Source: Planctomycetota bacterium
Lineage (GTDB): Bacteria; Planctomycetota; B15-G4; SIAN01
Assembly: GCA_028289345.1 (NCBI GenBank)
Contig: JANQQL010000050.1
Span: 202,370-266,369 of the forward strand
Reading direction: 5' to 3'
Length of the DNA stretch: 64,000 nucleotides
Positions 60,485 through 64,000 of the stretch are shown one piece after another. The stretch's first letter is position 1, and each line of letters opens with the position of its first letter. The notes under the pieces were generated by a model. It ran no database searches. It was not told where the DNA came from and saw nothing but the letters and a program-made list of their open reading frames with translations. The translations under genes were made by a program, and so were the position numbers.

Positions 60485-61351
60485 TTACTGCTGCTCGGAA
60501 GAGACGAGAACGTCGTTGCGCCACACGTCCACTTGCACGAGGTCACCCGCGTTGTCGTAGTGGAAGTTGGTCTTCTCTTCGACCATTTGGTCTGCTTCAT
60601 AAGTGAAGGCGGCAGACTTGATGAGGCGACCTTCATCATCGTGCAGGTCGATCTTGCTGACGCTGCCATCCGGGTGGTAGGTCTTCAACAGCTGACCAGC
60701 CGTTCCGATATCGAGGGCGCCGGTATCATCATCGATGGACACCTTGAGTCCGCGGCCACCAATCACAACGTCATCATTGCCGTCGATCAGATCCACGTCG
60801 ATCCGGCATGGGCGAATGCCCCCGACAACGTCATCGACACCATCAACTCCGTCGACGGTTGGGGTCGGCGATCCACTGTTGCCGGCCCCTCCACCGATCA
60901 CGTCACCGTCGAAGTTGTCCGGATCTCTGGGATCGAAGTCTTTGCGGCAGGGGCGAATCACGATGTCATCGACGATGACCGTGACGCTCTCTTCTTCGAT
61001 GACGTCGTCGCCGAACATCACTTCCGTGGCGGTCAGGCTGGACAAGCTCAGCCCGACGGATTCACTTTCGGTGACGAGCACCATGGAGAGTGTGTCCATT
61101 CCGGCAGGGATGCTTGGCAGATGGGCGACGGCACCATCCGACTTGAAAACCCCCTGGGCCAGAACTCCGCCGACGGTGTTCGTGTCACGGTCCAAGGTTG
61201 CCAAGACCCAGCTTTCGCCGACCTGACCCCCTTCGAAGCGCAAACTCGTTCCGCCATCCTTGAACAAAGGTGTCTGGGCGATCAGCAGCGTCGCCGAAGC
61301 CACCAGGCTTGAAGAAATGGCAAGCACCTTCAGGATTCCACCACGCCACAT
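60485..61351 (-). CDS. secreted Asp-rich / YD-repeat-containing hypothetical protein
   Basis: Signal peptide MWRGGILKVLAISSSLVASATLLIAQT with RBS GGAGG 9 nt upstream. A central region of repeated DGxDxVVGG / DDIVIRPCR segments, then two YD-like motifs at the C-terminus (TYHPDGSVSKIDLHDDEGRLIKSAAFTYEADQ ... HYDNAGDLV). Low GC. Confidence 0.6.
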   Translation of the reverse strand: MWRGGILKVLAISSSLVASATLLIAQTPLFKDGGTSLRFEGGQVGESWVLATLDRDTNTVGGVLAQGVFKSDGAVAHLPSIPAGMDTLSMVLVTESESVGLSLSSLTATEVMFGDDVIEEESVTVIVDDIVIRPCRKDFDPRDPDNFDGDVIGGGAGNSGSPTPTVDGVDGVDDVVGGIRPCRIDVDLIDGNDDVVIGGRGLKVSIDDDTGALDIGTAGQLLKTYHPDGSVSKIDLHDDEGRLIKSAAFTYEADQMVEEKTNFHYDNAGDLVQVDVWRNDVLVSSEQQ

Positions 61352-62030
61352 CACTTGAACCCTCCTCGAAGCCGGCAAACACACGCGAAACAAATTTTTT
61401 CCTAAATCACAACGCCGGCATTGACATCTTTCTATGGACTTCGGCACGAAGTTCCAAGAGCTTTAGCGCGTCCATAATTCGGCCAGGCAATGACGTTGGC
61501 GGAGAGTCCAAATGACGGACACGTCGCCAGACTCGAGTGCCGGAGCCCATGTACCCCTTTAGATATTGCCAATGTCCCAGCAGTTTCCGCGGCTAGAGGC
61601 GGTCAGCAATCTCCATCCCGGTGGAGTCGTCGAGCGACGTCCCCAGAATCCGTAGCGAAAATGGACGGTGAAGACGTGATTTGCCTTGATGAGGAAGCAC
61701 GCGAAACGTCTTTCACCTGCAGACGTTGTCGTTCGCTTCATACTCGGATCATTGGACCGAGCAAACATTGGTCACCAGACTTCGCTGCTTTGATCCAACA
61801 ACGGCCGACCGAAATTCCATTTCGTGTCGTCTTCTTGCATCATGGAACTCATGAGATTGCTCGGCGACTGCCTACCGTTCTTCAGCAACGAAGCATCCGC
61901 CGAAGGAAATCAAACAGCTTTGAATCTCTTGCACAATCGGAGCGAGGCAACGCGCACACTTCTGTCCCTGAAATCGCAGACCCAAAGTCGACGGACTTGA
62001 AACTCAAGGACTTGAAAGCGGGGCTCGAAG

Positions 62031-63278
62031 ATGAAGCGGAACGACTCCTGGAAGCAATCCTCTCCGCAAAGCGTTTCGAACGGCGGATCGGGAATCACCT
62101 TCGTCATCCCTTGTCTCGATGAAGAGCCCGCCATTGCCGAAGTGATCAAAGCAGCTCGCGAAGGCGCGAAGAAGCTGAACCTGGACGCCGAGATCATCGT
62201 CGTCGACAACGGCAGTACAGACCGTTCGGCGGAGATCGCAAGGGAGCACGGCGCCAGGGTCCTTGAAGAGCCTCGAACAGGATACGGGTCCGCGCTACGC
62301 CGTGGCTTCAACAGTGCATCCCATGAAGTCGTCGTGATGGGTGACGCCGATTTGACCTACGACTTCCGCGAAATCAGCGACTTGGTAGAGCCCATCCTCG
62401 AGGACAAAGCTGACTTTGCCATTGGCAACCGGATGAAGAACATCCAGCCTGGCGCAATGCCATTCATGAACCGCTACGTCGGAAATCCGATCTTGTCGCT
62501 CGCGCTTCGAGTGATGTTTCACGGCAATCGCACGAAGGACGCGCACTGCGGCCTGCGGGCCATTCGGAGATCGTCATACGCCAAGCTCAACTGCGTCACG
62601 ACGGGGATGGAGTTTGCAAGCGAGATGGTCGTTCGAGCCATTGACAGCAAGCTGCGTGTGGTTGAGCGAAACATCAACTACTACCCTCGTCTCGGTGACT
62701 CCAAGCTGCACCCTTTCCCCGATGGATGGCGGCACCTGCGGTTCATGATGTTGCATAGCCCCACCTGGATGCTCTTGATTCCCGGGGCGATTGGCTGGTT
62801 TCTCGGCCTCGCGATTTCCATCCCCATGGCATTTGGCCCCCTGGAAATCAAAGGGAGAGTCTTCGACATTCACTGCATGATGACGGGGGGGCTGCTGAAC
62901 ATCATCAGCATTCAAGTGATCACGATCGGGCTCTTGTCCAAAGCGTACGCACACCTGAGCGGCCTTCGGCCAGACCCAATTGTTCGCTGGTTCTATCGCT
63001 GGTTCACCTTTGAAAGGGCTCTCCTCCTTGCGGCGCCCCTCATCCTCGTTGGACTCTTTGTCGTGCTCCGCATCGTGTACGTCTGGACCACAAGCGGGTT
63101 CGGGGAGCTGTCGCAGGCAAAACCGTTCTTTCTGGGAATCATGTGTCTTATCAATGGGGCTCAGATTTGGTCCTCGTGCTTCCTGTTTAGCATCATGGCA
63201 ATGCCTCGCCGGTACGACTCTCTGCCCCAAGGGCCCATCGAGCGGGGCTCCCCCGCCTCCAATTCCAATGGAACGTAG
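62031..63278 (+). CDS. glycosyltransferase family 2, polyprenyl-phosphate glycosyltransferase-like (DPM1/GtrB/ArnC-like) with C-terminal TM helices
   Basis: ITFVIPCLDEEPAI, DAEIIVVDNGSTD and MGDADLTY (DxD) motifs, then 4 TM segments. The exact start is uncertain. Confidence 0.75.
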   Translation: MKRNDSWKQSSPQSVSNGGSGITFVIPCLDEEPAIAEVIKAAREGAKKLNLDAEIIVVDNGSTDRSAEIAREHGARVLEEPRTGYGSALRRGFNSASHEVVVMGDADLTYDFREISDLVEPILEDKADFAIGNRMKNIQPGAMPFMNRYVGNPILSLALRVMFHGNRTKDAHCGLRAIRRSSYAKLNCVTTGMEFASEMVVRAIDSKLRVVERNINYYPRLGDSKLHPFPDGWRHLRFMMLHSPTWMLLIPGAIGWFLGLAISIPMAFGPLEIKGRVFDIHCMMTGGLLNIISIQVITIGLLSKAYAHLSGLRPDPIVRWFYRWFTFERALLLAAPLILVGLFVVLRIVYVWTTSGFGELSQAKPFFLGIMCLINGAQIWSSCFLFSIMAMPRRYDSLPQGPIERGSPASNSNGT

Positions 63279-63577
63279 CGCTCGCAGTCAGGGGCTCGCT
63301 CGCAGCATCCAGGCCGTCAAGGCTCGCGACTTGTTCGAGTCTCCGCGAAGACTTTCCTTCGGCCATCGGTGCGCGTCCGCCTCGGACCAAAGTCAGGAGT
63401 CCTCGAGACGGATGGGTTCTGACCACAGGCCGCAGCAGACCGAAGACGTCCCTCGGCGGTGGCTCCGCGCACTGGGGGGAACTGCCGGCTCCCCGATCGT
63501 CCGCGAACCCGGGGATTCGGGCTTCGCTGAGCTGAAAACCGAAGCCCGCTTCCACGACCAGCCGGGAGATCGTCACC

Positions 63578-64000
63578 GATGACCACTCCCCGTGTTTCGG
63601 TCGTGATTCCAGTTTTGAACGCCGAGCCCTACTTGCGAAGTCTCCTGGAAGCCATCCTTGACCAGGAGACGCCCGTGGAAGAGATCCTTCTGCTTGACTC
63701 GATGTCGACCGACCGCACTTGCGAGATTGCGCGCGGCTTTCCCCAAGTCACTCTCTACCCAATCCGAAACTTCTCTCACGGCGGAACTCGGAACTACGGC
63801 GCACAGCTCGCCCGCGGAGAGATCGTGGCACTCCTCACGCAGGATGCGCTCCCGAAGGATCGCCACTGGCTTTCCTTTCTCCTTGCACCGTTTGCCGACC
63901 CCAAAGTTGCCGCCACGTACTCGCGTCAGATTCCGCGGCCAGACGTCAACCCGATGGAAGAGTTCTTTTTGAGGACCCGATTTCCGAAGGAGACGGTTCG
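63578..64000 (+). CDS. glycosyltransferase family 2 (N-terminal part, truncated by window end)
   Basis: MTTPRVSVVIPVLNAEPYLRSLLEAILDQ ... LLLDSMSTDRT ... LTQDALP is a typical GT2_2 N-terminus. There is no stop before the window end. Confidence 0.7.

Noticed and set aside
61490-62122. 210-aa plus-strand ORF between the YD-repeat gene and GT2
   Set aside because: It overlaps the GT2 start by 92 nt, has a basic low-complexity N-terminus and no RBS. An internal segment with CxxC-like spacing (CLDEE...FTCRRCRS) might mark a small real gene starting near 61661, but support is insufficient to call it.

Overview
High-GC (roughly 65%) bacterial chromosomal segment, gene-dense, with about 55 supportable protein-coding genes and no rRNA, tRNA or CRISPR visible. 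Many long antisense ORFs in the six-frame track are typical high-GC artefacts, so genes were chosen by recognisable motifs, signal peptides, RBS-like GGAGG tracts and start/stop coupling.

Content:
- Core metabolism and housekeeping: thyA-folA, fmt-rsmB, trxA, scpA, an M50 protease, kdsD-kdsC, a DAHP synthase, a eukaryotic-type UDP-glucose pyrophosphorylase, a tricorn protease, and msrAB as a lipoprotein fusion.
- Signalling:
  - An OmpR-type two-component system with a periplasmic partner, divergent from msrAB.
  - A LytS/LytTR pair next to a YfcC-family transporter.
  - An ECF (TIGR02999-like) sigma factor translationally coupled to a TPR-containing Ser/Thr kinase.
  - A four-gene HAMP-domain cluster ending in a histidine kinase that has lost its phospho-acceptor His.

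Most notable observations:
1. A secreted Bcp/AhpC-type peroxiredoxin whose peroxidatic Cys codon is an in-frame TGA, followed by a perfect hairpin. This is a strong selenoprotein (Sec-Prx) candidate.
2. A roughly 5 kb lower-GC island at the 3' end (from about 59.1 kb to the window edge). It carries a small radical-SAM/SPASM maturase preceded by a translationally coupled 60-aa ORF, a YD-repeat/Asp-rich secreted protein with a strong terminator, and two GT2 glycosyltransferases.
3. A roughly 990-aa periplasmic protein start-overlapping kdsC, a possible giant LptC/LptA-like component.

The phylum cannot be assigned from sequence alone. The ECF-sigma/Ser/Thr-kinase pair, the prepilin-like gene and the abundance of secreted hypothetical proteins suggest a Planctomycetota-like or similar high-GC environmental bacterium; this is inference.
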